Positions 1 to 12,195 of a stretch of 64,000 nucleotides of DNA are shown here, piece after piece. The stretch comes from Antedon mediterranea. Its lineage: Eukaryota; Animalia; Echinodermata. Where the stretch lies: NCBI RefSeq assembly GCF_964355755.1, contig NC_092673.1, positions 24,053,648 to 24,117,647 of the forward strand. Direction: 5' to 3'. The notes under the pieces are model-generated. The model was given only the letters and a program-made list of their open reading frames with translations, ran no database searches and was not told the origin of the DNA. Numbering within the stretch: the first letter of the stretch is position 1; each line of letters begins with the position of its first letter. Both the position numbers and the translations under genes were made by a program.

Positions 1-895
1 CGTTATATAGCAATTGAGGCGGAGGCTAAAGAAAACTCCGACTACATGTTGTATGTGATCGGTAAAGGCAGCCGCGGCGTTGCATCAATGATTGAAGTTG
101 CATACTACGTAGGACAAGGCCGAAAGCTTGTTTTATGCGTGCAGGATTTAGAGTATGGACTGACGATTGGAGGAGAAAAGGTGAGAAACTTTTTAGATTG
201 TCTTTAAAAGAAACAGAGGAAATGCTGACTGGACACTCAACAGTTTCAGAGTAAGGGCTAAAATAACAGCATATTTCTGTGGTTTTGACAATAATAGCAA
301 GTTATTATTTTTTTTTAATAGAGCTAATGAGCTCAATGTCCCTATTTTTGCTTTATGCCTAATTTTTATGATCTAACTTGATATATGATGTTTTTATGAA
401 TTGATAAATTTATTTAGTCTCTAGACAAAATTGTCAAGGACACTTGCTTTTTTCTTCCAAAAATATATTAGAAACAAGTTTTCACTAAATAAATTTATAA
501 ATTTCTTTATTCAACAAACCTTTGCTTTTTTATTATACTACAAACCATATGAATATTGATGAGGTTTCAATCAATTTATGATTTCCAGTTTATCTATATT
601 AGTTTCATTATTTCAGTTTTTGTTTTGGTATTTGGTTGAAATAATTGCGACCTTTTAGTTTTAGTTTCCTTTTCACATTAGATTTTCCTTTGTTTTCTCA
701 CTTCTCTTTTCTTTACAGCTTACTCAACGTGCAATAACAGACTACAACCGAGCTAGACAATATCTTACAGATGTTGTTAGTCGATGTGGTGTACCGATTC
801 TCGACGATATCCAAACAGCGACAGTAACCCTCATTGAGAAAATTGAAGCAGAGAGGGCGCTCAAAGTACAGAAGTCGTTAGCAGTGTGTGAATAA
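1..895 (+). CDS. raw: 3' end of a Raw/OLRN-1-like protein (nucleoside 2-deoxyribosyltransferase-like domain); last two coding exons <1-180 and 719-895
   Basis: Exon 1-180 reads RYIAIEAEAKENSDYMLYVIGKGSRGVASMIEVAYYVGQGRKLVLCVQDLEYGLTIGGEK, then GTGAG. A pyrimidine tract + CAG ends at 718, then the phase-0 exon reads LTQRAITDYNRARQYLTDVVSRCGVPILDDI...AVCE* (TAA 893-895). The motifs match my recollection of the Raw NDT-like repeat (RxVASMIE, DYNRxRxYL). Confidence 0.75.
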
Positions 896-3800
896 ACAAA
901 CAAATACTACAATTTTTATTTATATATTTTTTCAATATTACATTTTTATTAAAGCAATTAAAATCGACACTCCCAATATGGATTTTCACTCAAGTATCTC
1001 AATCCTTTGTATTTTGTTTTCTGTGCATTTCAATTTAAATTTCAATTTATTTCCACAATATAATAACATATAGGATAATAAATACAATGAAGTAATCATC
1101 TGGGGGAGAGTCATATAAGTCAGAAAGACTTTAAGTTTGACCCACCCCAAGATATAACATTTGTCAGCATTTCATCTGCACGAAAACCTCAAAATAAGCT
1201 GGTGCTTAAATCAATCCAAATAAATGTAGATGGAGACTTTTCTATTTGTGCTAATAATACATTGCACACTTGTTTAATCTATTATCTCAAATAAACTACA
1301 ACATAACAACGACAACTTCAGAAGTTCTAAATCGATTTTAATTAATTAAGACTTCTGTCCTCTTTTTTTCTATTTTTTGGCGAGTGTGTGCTTTTGTAAT
1401 TAATCTGGACATCTGTATTGTAATGTATATATTCTACATGATATTGTGTTTTAACTTTTTTACACATGAAATAATACTTAAGCGAGTGTTTGAACTACAG
1501 TAATACATTTCCATTTTCTGGGAAAGTTTAACAACATATGTACAGATGCTTCAAACTCTATTAGGCATTATAAACTGGATGCTACAATGATGACATTACA
1601 TATATGGAGTTTAGTAATTGGCTGATAACACTCTCAAGAAAACAATAGTTTTTAGTGTCAACAAATGTGGTTCACATCTTATTTCTGGTTAGTATAGATT
1701 AGCATACATGGAGTACGCTTGTTTGAATTGATGCTACTGATTATATACCTGAGAAAAACATTAAATCATTATTCTTTCAAAACCTTCAATCCCCCTTCTG
1801 TAAGTAAGTAATAACTTACCGATACATACCCATATTTGGGCAGCATGCAAACATTGGTGACGTTTTTATGAAACAATAACACTTTTTCTGACCTAGTATG
1901 TTTTACATATTACATGTACAATTATGTTTTGTAGAAATATATTCATGGTTGTTACCCAAGAAACTAGACAAGATTAATAAAGAAGCCAGATATTTGACAG
2001 ATGATTGAATGACATATAATCTAATTGTTAATCATAATGATTTGTTTATACAAATATTATCATTGTTTTAAATGAAAACATTCTATAAAATAAATATAAA
2101 TATACTATATATATATTGTTTTTATTAGCATACATATTTTCGTACGTTTTGTAAAGTTGTTTACCGTAGTAAGATTTTTATGAAGAAAATGATGAGTGTA
2201 TGAAATTCATCAGAAAATTTGACTGATATAGTTTCAGTATTTTATCCTATTACTGTAAGAATTTCCACTTAGGTGACATTTAGAACCCTTTTTAAGGGTT
2301 TACTCTGAAAAGAGTTAAGTCCATACATACATTTCCCCTTTCTCTTTGGTGTCCCTAATAGTGGGGGAGGGGTGGTTCCTACTGTAAAAGTATTAATATG
2401 AAGTAAATTATATGTCTGTGTGCTTCGGTCAATTATGTTGTCTATTGTGCCAATAAACTTTTATTAATTTCTGTAAATATTTTGATTATTTTTAATGTTT
2501 GATCGTCACTGACAGAGTTATCATCAATGTTGTCTTCATAATCTTTATTATCACAATCTGTCATCACTTATATCTGTTATCACGATCATCCTCAGAGTCC
2601 TGATAATATGAGCGATTTTTAGACACAAGCCGTCAATTCCAACAATCTGCAGAAAGTTGTCGATACATTTTAATTTTTCTCTATGCAGTTTAATTAACAT
2701 TGATGGTTTATCTGAATATTTTAATCATGTTTCTTTTTGATATTTCATGTTATTGTACATTTGCATTTTGTTTGCTATTACTCTTATATCATAGCGCCCT
2801 CAAGGTCTACAATTGGTATAAGATCTTTGATAGAGATTTTCAACACTTAACATTTATTCCATTTTTCTTGTTCAACATGTTGGGCTTAATATACACACCT
2901 GTTGCCTCTCACGCAATGCGAACTTATATCAACTTATATCACTAAGATGCATTAAAAGGTTCCAGGTCTACCACTTCCTACAGGAAGCTTAAACATTGGC
3001 TTAAAAATTGAAACGTTGACTATATAATCAGTGGTGTGTTTGATCCAATAAAGCTAGAACACGTATATTGTCATCACTGTCTTTCTATAAATAGCCACTT
3101 TCCAAACTAGTACAGTGTTTTAAAATAATTAATGGTATAGCCATGAAGAACACCAGAAATAAAATGAAAATGATCCAATATATTTAACTAAAAAATAGTA
3201 CCACCAGTCCAGTAGGCATATGCCATCATTGTGTTCTACAGAAATAGCCATTGTCCAAACAACGTTCACCATGCTTAAATTAAAATATAAATATATCTAA
3301 ATTTAAAGGTTATACAACCAGTGCAGTATATGTATATAAAACTAAGACTGTTATGTTCAAACTAAAAATCTTGACAATGTAAATCCTAGTCTTGGCACAA
3401 AAATAGTCATTCACATTCCAATCAGACGCTTGAACCATTGAGGAATTAAAATTTATCCATGTTTGAATTTAGTCCAAAAGAACTAACATACTATGTCATC
3501 TGAATTTTGCATTTAGCACAAAACAATCTCAACAAAGTCTATTTTTCAATGTTTGTGAACTTAAGTGTTTCATTTGATTTTTGTCTTATGTGTGGTAAAT
3601 TGATACTTGTTTTATAGGAACATTAAAGTGATCCACAGCCACACAAAAAAAAGAGAAATTCAGACAACCACTTCCATCCATCTGGAATTTATATTAAATT
3701 ATTTTTGCCACCTGAACCAAAAAAGTTTATTTGAAATAAGAATGGTACTACAGGTTGCCAAAATGTAATGGAAGGAGGTTTGATGAGTTTATGGTCATTG

Positions 3801-5672
3801 GTCTCTAGTTAATCGTCGGTTTACTTTTTACTAGAACAGCTTAGAAGTTTTAATTAGACAAACATCAGTAGTTGTCAGTAGGAACATTGACTTTTATCTT
3901 AAGCAACATCGTTTTTCTTCTAATTTTGGTAGGATAGGATAGACACCTGAGCTCCTTTGAATAGTGTTCCCGCGAGCTCTCATATGGGAGCTTCGAAGTG
4001 ATGGAGAACGGAGTAGTGTAAATGGTTCCTCAGTTTTTCTTCTTTTTTTGTCTTGGGATTTTTTATGGATAATTTGTATGTAAAGAAACATTGTGTTATG
4101 TGCTATATAAGACTACATTATTATCTTTCTGTGCATATTTATAATAATTGATGATAATAAAAGAAAGTGGGACGTTTGGTGATATACATACAAGGTATAA
4201 CTTTGTGTTTGAATAGAACACTAATAAATATATCCTTTTTTTCATCATTAGCGGCACGTAACAATTACTGTAAAAATAATCCTTTATAGTGTGTCCTTGT
4301 GGCATGATCATTAAATTAATATTCATGATATTTGTAATTTTTACATGTTCATTATTTTTATTTACAATGACAGGAAGCACATGTTGATAATAATGTTGTA
4401 CGGTTCAAGGTAAGTTCTGTTTACAGCTCTAGTTAATGACATTTTGAACCTTTTTTTACACAACAAAATAGCACAGATATAGCACAGATATCGTTGATTA
4501 CCGTATATTGGCAAAGCTTCCAATGTTAGGCTCAATATCAATTAAGTATTTGCTTTCATCTGTTTATAGATTAATCAATAACAGGTTGCTTGGCACGTGT
4601 GGTAGACTAAGTTATAGAGGAAGCTAAGATAGAGTCTAATTAAGGGGGACCCTAAAAACATTAGACGGGACCAACTTTTAGAAACTTCATCAAGATTTTT
4701 TGGTTACCATCAAATACATTTGTTATGTTCTTTTTAGCCAATGAAAAAAAAAATTAAGAAACTTAATTATGCGTATATTCGTAAACATTCTGTTCATGAT
4801 CAATAGGTGTCATTATGGCAATTATAAGATATATTGCATATTCATTAGATTATTCTCTAAAACTGGTGTTGCCATAGTTTAACAAAATTATACCTGTGTG
4901 CTATGTGTAATTATGTAAACACTAAGTAAAAAATGTAGGATGTGATATATTTTGACTATATCTAAGTAATTTCATTAAGTATGTTACCAATAATTTAGGT
5001 TTATAAATTGTAGGAAAACCATTCGTCAGAAAAAATTACCAATTTAGAAGATAACTTTGCTGCAGAATTGCGAAACTCATGTTGGGATCCTCCAGATGCG
5101 TTATCATATCATTTGATTCATTCACATTGACAGCAGTGTTGTACAGTTACCCCATAATATAATTAGATCATGATTCATCTTATGTCAGAGTACCCTGGAT
5201 GCTAAAAGGAAGTATGATGGCGTCCTTAAAACTTTGAACTTCTTATAATCGGCATTTGGTTTTGCTGAGCATGTTCTATAATACTGTATTGGATATTTTC
5301 CGAGTCAAGCAACCTGTAGTTATTACATTTTTATTTGTTTATTTTTGAAAGTTATAGAGTAAATATTTTATTGATATATTTTACATTCCTATGTGCAATT
5401 TAAATAATCCAGTTATGATATTGGAACTAAATCAAATAGTTACTGTAACAAATATGTAATGTAAATATATAAGTATTATGTATAAATGATATTTAGTGAA
5501 ATCTTAAGTTGACAGGAAATACAAATGAGAACTGAATCCCTTACGGCTAAGAGATTTTGTTCGTCTCTTACCTAGTACAACATATAAAGATAAAAAAAGT
5601 ATATTATAACACTGTATTCGACATTCAAGTAACACAATGATCTGATGAATACAAATAAAGAAAACAAACTTA

Positions 5673-5856
5673 AGGCCAATTTACACCGACGAACGGTAAC
5701 GGTAATATAAATATAGAATCTATGTGATTCCTTATGACCATTTACACAGTGCGGAACGGACGGGTGGTTTCAGCTGAGGATAGATACAAGTTCTACGTGG
5801 GACAAGTTACGCTGTTTTCCGCTGACCGTCTCGTCTACGCCTGTGTAAATTGGTCT
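5673..5856. mobile_element. PIF/Harbinger-type MITE (family A, complete short copy)
   Basis: TIRs AGGCCAATTTACAC ... GTGTAAATTGGTCT, flanked by TTA/TTG. The interior resembles one unit of the 77-bp array and the fragment at 41622-41736. Confidence 0.7.
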
Positions 5857-7782
5857 TTGCTGAGGATGAACTTGAAAAAATAAGTTATCAAATCAAAAAA
5901 TTAATCAAATTTTGTCATGTTCTTTTCAATTAAAATCTTTTGAAGCGTTCTTTATGGAACAGAAAAACAAAGTGCAATTGTTTGAAAGAACGTACAATGT
6001 ATTGCATTACGCACATGCCCAAACTGTCCAACATACGAGATAATGACCACTATTCTTGCAATACAAATTGATTCATGAAAAGTGGATGATTAATTAATTC
6101 ACTTAAGTTTTAGGAACTGTCTAATTTACTTGAGATTACAATGGGATTTCCTAACAGAAACATACCATATGTTGTGTCATGTTTAAATCAATACATGATG
6201 TGTTCTTGATTGTATTCTTGTTTGAATTTAAAGATATAGGCCTACATTACAGTATTGTCCCCCTGAAACAAATATTTTTAGAAAAAATGGTTATTAAATA
6301 GGCCATAGTTATTCACCTTGAACAAAGATGAAAGAAAAAAAATATTTACCTGAGAAAATCGTAATTTAAAAAAATTCATGAAAACATATACTAATGCCAT
6401 CATAATTATAATGGCTTTAAGAAAGCAAGCCATGATTGTATTTGGTAAAATTGTATACATCCTTCCACAATAGATTTCGATTGTAAAGAAGTTTCTTTCT
6501 TCATTATATCGATTCACAGCTTTTATGTATTATTAAAATTAAACCCTCAGGCTAACATAACATAAGTTTCATCTAGTTTGCATTTTAATGTTATAGTATT
6601 TATGATATGAAGAGCTGTTATGAATTGAGAAAATACATGATATAGTACTATACTTCTGCTCAATTTTATCAGAGGTACTTTAACCATGAAAAACACGTAT
6701 TATGTTAGCCAGAATAATAATAATGTTCAGGGAAGATTTATTTTATACCGTAGCTTAGCAGACGACAAGTGGACTCCCATCATCATTTGTTGCTATTCTT
6801 CTTGTGTAGACATTGTGTTGTGTTCCCTAATCGTTTCTATGATTCTGTTTTGTTGTATTTTGTTTTTGTTTAAATGTTTTTGTTTCCTATCCAGGTTTTT
6901 GGTCCGCAAACTTGCTGTGAAAATTATGTTGCTAATTTGGCTAGAGTAGGCCTATCAATTGGAACGCCATGTGACCCACATTCGTCCAATCAAATGCATT
7001 TATTTTGGTGTTTATATAAAGATTGTTATTTCACTCTAATCCCTGTGGTGAATTTTCAAGCGAAACAAATCCGACATTTATAATGAATACTAGTATTTTA
7101 CATAAAGCCACGTTTTCTTGATTTTTTTTTGTATAGATATTAGTGTAAAAATAATAAACCACTTACACACTTTCCATCCTCCCTTGATACCGGTACTTCT
7201 TTCTTTGTGGTGTCCTTTTCGAGCATTACTAAACATATCAGATGCATTTGCAGTTCACGACTCTATTTTTGTTTTCCATACGCCAATATAGGATAGATCA
7301 ACTATTTTATAATTATCGTGCTTATAAACTAAGTCTCATTTGAGGCTTATGGAGTGGAATTGAAAGAGTTGTGAGTTACAACCCTGGCACTAGGCCAGGA
7401 TGGAACTTTGGACCTTGGGGTTGGAAGGCAAGCACGTTACAAACCACTAAGCTACAGATCCACTACAAGATACACGAACAATTATTATCTATATCTTTGT
7501 ATATAACAAACACAACAGAAATGGCAAGAAGCTGTTTTATATTTCATTTATTGTTATGGTTCCTCTATGTTGTTTATCATGGTAATATCTATGCTCTCTC
7601 TTTAAATGTCCAGTTTATCATACAAGTATTCACTTTCTGTACATTTTTATCTTTTTCTATTTATAACATAAAATATACATTTAATATACGCATACACATT
7701 AAAATGTTTTGATTACTGTATTCACGTTTAACAAAAACACCTTTATAATAAAAATGCAGTACAGCCCCTATTATCTGAGATT

Positions 7783-7960
7783 AGGGAGCTTTCGATTTGC
7801 GACGACCGACGACGACGTCATGTTTATTCACTCTGCGCATGCGGGGATATTGATAATATGTTTTCCGCTTTCCAACTCGACACGTGTGTGACGGTTTCTA
7901 GGCCCAAATGATTGACCTAGGTACAGTAGATCGTCGGTCGTTGAAATTCGAAAGGTCCCT
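7783..7960. mobile_element. MITE (Harbinger-like)
   Basis: Inverted ends AGGGAGCTTTCGA ... TCGAAAGGTCCCT, with subterminal CGACGACCGACGA / TCGTCGGTCGTTG. Confidence 0.55.
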
Positions 7961-9053
7961 ACTATTAAATGATTATGTATTAAAGCACCATGTCGGTCGT
8001 TGAGAGAATAGATCTCATGACCTTGAAAATTCCACTATTTGGTTTATATGTAATAACGTTTTTCTTTCTATATACTTGACCTTCATTAAACTTTCTAATT
8101 CAATTATTAATAATCTGGCTATAATAATTTATCAATGAAAGATACAGCTGTGATCCTATATGCTGTGTCATGTGTTAATTAACATGTACAACAAACAGAC
8201 GATCATCAGCCACGTAATCTTTCATTTTTGCGAACTAATTTAGCCTTAGATAAAAGTATCATCAATCGCGAGTTTCACGTATTAATTATCGTATTACCAA
8301 TTAAACAAGATAATTCATTTTAATTACGCGTAGGAATTAGGTATTTTTCATTAAATAACGAAATCTATAATTAATTGACATTTCGTACTTTTTATCAAGT
8401 TTTCATTTAATAGTTAATAGAATTTGACAAGATAGCTGTCTTCTCGTCATCAAGTTTTGAGATGATCTTGATATCTGAAGATAATGTATGTTATATATTC
8501 ACTTTTCTTTTAGAGGATGAAAAAGCATTTAAAATTCAAAATGAACGAAAAGAAAATGTTTAAACATTTGATAGTATACATTAGTAAAAAGGCATAAGTG
8601 TTAGTATATACGGTAGTTATTATAAATTTCAATTAGATGTAGAGGTAACATATTGGATTATCATTAATAACAGATGTCTGTATGCTATTATAATGCCTTT
8701 ATCTGCAGGCGATTTTCGTACGTCTAAAGACAATAAACTGTGGGACTGTTTTATGCCAATCGACGTAACAATCCCATCCATTTCATAACACACAAGTATC
8801 ACTATCGTGAATCTTAGCCCTCTAAATAATCTCTCTCATTATTGTAAAAATAACAAACCACATTGTCGGTGTTCGAACCCTTGTCTGATTGGGAAGCTAA
8901 AGCACTAAATATTCAGCCAAACACTTGGCATAACCTATTTGAAAGAGGCAATGTGTAGTATATAAGTAAGTGGAGAAATGTCAAGAGACAAGAAACTGCT
9001 GTTTATTGTCTATAGACTTAGTACCGTACGAGAACCGGGTTTTAGTTTACACC

Positions 9054-10691
9054 TTAAGCTGTTGGTATCGTGGGGCTTGCAACAACATTCTCCACAAGTG
9101 GGATGACCGATTCGGAAGACGATTGACGTTGAAGTTGTTGAGCACTATGATGCTCCTTCAAAAGTTCGTATTTTTGTTTCATTTGTGCGAATTTTGTCCA
9201 TATTTCATCAAATCGTTGGTCTGCCTTCATATTCTCATTGTGAAGATTTTCAAATGTTTCGTTAGCCTTTTGGAATTTCTCTTTCAATGACTGGGCTCGT
9301 TGTGGTTTTAAAGAAGTTTTTACCTTTTCATGTTCACTTTTAAGCGCCTCTATCTTAATCTCCATTTTTGCACTTTCCATCGCCAATTTATCTTTCTTTA
9401 CCTCAATTTTTTGGAAGTTTTCTTCACTAAGACGCCATCTTTCATCGAGTTTAAGAGCAGTTGGAGGATTCTTAGCAACTGAACTAAACCCTGAATCCAA
9501 TGATGTAGCTCGCATCGTTGTATCAACTGGTGGAAACATTGTTGGATCTGCAACTGGTATTGGTTGCAAACTGAGGCCAATGCCGAGTTGCTGCTCAAGA
9601 TGTTCAACAAATGCAGAATCAAGCGAAATGGCACGATTTGCACGTACACCTGGCACGTGTTTCATTCGTAGCTGTGGGAAAAATGTAAAAGTCTGAGTGT
9701 TTTCGTCTTTCATATTTTCCGAAGACGTACTACGTTTGGCTCTTCGTTCGCTCTCTGATCGGCGCACCTTCACGACTGGCTCATTTCCATCTTTATACTT
9801 CCGGGAACTCTTCCGTCGCTCGATTCCTCTGGCAACTGGAGAGTACCTAGGTTCGTTCCTTAAGCTATTACCTCTTTTAATAAGATGGCCAACCTTTGTC
9901 TCCTGTTCTTCCGGTGTAGTAGTAGGTGATTTCTTTTCGTCAGTTTTTTCGTTAGTTTTTTCGTTATTTGCTTGTAAGCTGATATCAAGGTCTAAATTTT
10001 GAGGACGGATAATTCGTTTTTGGTGTACTTTCCGAAGACGTTTGACATCTGCGCATGAACTTTCGTATTTTGCTTCCAGTTCGTCGATCTTAATTACCAT
10101 TTTCTTTTTTTCCAACTCAAGTCTTTGTAGTTTAAGCTGTGCTCTTTTCAGATCTACGCCTTTTACCGTCAAGTTTGTGTTCTCATGCTCCAACTTTCTT
10201 ACTCTGTCCACAAGTGTAGTGCGATCCTTTACAAGCTGATCGAAGGTTGACGCAATTTGGCCTAGAATATTATCCACAACTCCTTTGTATTTACTATATC
10301 GCGCAGTAGTCTCTGGTACATTGCTCATTAGATTCCGATATGTTTCCTCTTCTAGCCTGTCTGGCATGAACTCTTCCTCTATCTCATTCTCTCCACATGG
10401 CGGTTTACCTCTTTCAAATGGATATACCAACTTTCCGTTAGAATAAACACGCCCTCCACAATCTAGTAACGCAACGACTTTTGTTTTTTCTTCCATAGAA
10501 TAGATCTTTAGACTGCAATTTTGTTTCGTCTGACAATACAGAATTTTAGATTTTCCATCTTTACTTTTTGTTGAAGACCGTAGGGTGTTTTTTCTTAGGC
10601 TGGAAGAGCTACGTTTCATACTACCCCGTTTAAACGATCCTCCATCAGACCGAATGCTCTCGTCACTTGAACGAGACTGCTTGTTGCCCAT
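9054..10691 (-). CDS. Uncharacterised 545-aa coiled-coil protein with N-myristoylation motif (MGNKQS); single coding exon
   Basis: Long uninterrupted ORF in AT-rich DNA with CAAG-ATG-G start context. MGxxxS plus a basic Ser/Arg/Lys N-terminus and two heptad-rich regions. A splice acceptor (TTTCTATTTTACAG, - strand) ends at 10731 in the 5' UTR. Paralog at 44895-46007. Confidence 0.85.
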   Translation of the reverse strand: MGNKQSRSSDESIRSDGGSFKRGSMKRSSSSLRKNTLRSSTKSKDGKSKILYCQTKQNCSLKIYSMEEKTKVVALLDCGGRVYSNGKLVYPFERGKPPCGENEIEEEFMPDRLEEETYRNLMSNVPETTARYSKYKGVVDNILGQIASTFDQLVKDRTTLVDRVRKLEHENTNLTVKGVDLKRAQLKLQRLELEKKKMVIKIDELEAKYESSCADVKRLRKVHQKRIIRPQNLDLDISLQANNEKTNEKTDEKKSPTTTPEEQETKVGHLIKRGNSLRNEPRYSPVARGIERRKSSRKYKDGNEPVVKVRRSESERRAKRSTSSENMKDENTQTFTFFPQLRMKHVPGVRANRAISLDSAFVEHLEQQLGIGLSLQPIPVADPTMFPPVDTTMRATSLDSGFSSVAKNPPTALKLDERWRLSEENFQKIEVKKDKLAMESAKMEIKIEALKSEHEKVKTSLKPQRAQSLKEKFQKANETFENLHNENMKADQRFDEIWTKFAQMKQKYELLKEHHSAQQLQRQSSSESVIPLVENVVASPTIPTA

Positions 10692-12053
10692 CTTGATAAC
10701 TTAATCACAAGGCCTAGCACGATGGTTTCACTGTAAAATAGAAATACACACTGTCAAAATAATGAAGTACCTGTGCTTTGGATACTAGCCTTTTGTATGA
10801 GCGGCTAACCATATTTCCGCTTCCGATTGTTTAATGGTGTTGTTAAAAAGCAGTTAGGGCAACGACTTTGGTTACTATTAACTACACACGTTACACGTCA
10901 GCGATGTATACAATAAGCCTAGATATAGGCCTATACATTTTCATTAAAATAATTAATTAACAGTTATACCTAAATGTTTAAATCTGAACCAACATGTTCT
11001 TAAAAACGGCCCTAATCATAAGATGTAAATCTGGATTTCTTAATAAAAATCACGATTTAAAAAAAACACGTTTCTGTTATTGAGTTTAAATTTATTGATA
11101 TGAAACATTACCATATTAAAATTCTGTTTTTTTTAATCTCGCCGTGGGGGGTAAGTTATCTAAGCATTGAGACAAGTACTCCGGATATATCTATTGAATA
11201 ACGCGGCCAGTTAGATATCCACAGATAGATTTAATTTCCGTTAGGTTTTTTTCTCTCTCTCTGACGAGTCTTTTGTCGCTAAACATTATGTCAGTTTTAT
11301 TGTGATACCAGGCTTGATTTATATGCATGTTATTCTAAAATAGTTTGATACGATGAATATTTTATTTAATTATAAATGTGGTGGTCTAATTCCAGAGAAC
11401 GTTTAGGCCTAGACCACAATGCCTCCATGTTTAGATCTAACACAAACACACACTTTCCTGTATATTTACTGTTTAGCAGATTGTTATTTCCTTATGTAAT
11501 TAAAATCTATCCTAGAGAAAATGGTTTACTTTTAATGAAACTATAGACAGTGTTGTCACTCCCTTAGAGACGAGATACAGTTGTGGAATGATAGCATTTA
11601 AAGATTGAACCAGATCACCACATCAATGCGGCTGTTCTAAGTAAAACCCTATTGAGGGATTTTTATACGATTTAAACTTGCTTAATTGCAAAAATCAGCA
11701 GATTTCTTGCCCTGCCCAATGTTCTCAAATTTAAGGACCTTTTATAATGTATAAATTATTAGTAGGTTTATTTCAAATAGTTTAATTTAAGTCAGATTTA
11801 TAATTGAATGTGACTCAATCAACCTAACACATTAATGAACGATAAAAACACACTTAAATTGAATGTTAATTTTCTAGATTTAATTTCCACAGTGAGCATC
11901 AATCTATCACCGATTCTAATTAAAATCTTCACTCTTTACAATTAAGTTATCCTGCTTATTGTTTACTATTACAGCAGTGAATTAAATCAGTGAAATAACA
12001 CGATGTTTAAATAGACGCTTGGAGTTTATTTTTTGGTGGAACTGTAGGCCTAA

Positions 12054-12195
12054 AGCTCTGTCTACACTGTCAAGCTTTATTTGACAAAACAAATGTGATG
12101 TGCCCTTATATGGACATATTTGAGCATATCACATTACCATATTTGGGCATATTACATTTTTTTGTCACTTAAAGTTTGACAGTGTAGACAGAGCT
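12054..12195. mobile_element. PIF/Harbinger-type MITE (family B)
   Basis: TIR AGCTCTGTCTACACTGTCAA ... TTGACAGTGTAGACAGAGCT with TAA target duplication on both sides. Confidence 0.85.

Noticed and set aside
7370-7460. tRNA-like sequence on the - strand
   Set aside because: Degenerate boxes only; most likely a decayed SINE head, too weak to annotate.
888-8960. Numerous 60-113 aa ORFs rich in F/I/L/Y/K
   Set aside because: The composition is what AT-rich non-coding DNA produces, and there is no splice or homology support.
9398-10239. Overlapping and antisense ORFs within the 545-aa gene (likewise 45139-46293 and inside the LINE, Link genes and Roquin)
   Set aside because: Shadow frames of real coding sequence with no independent motifs.
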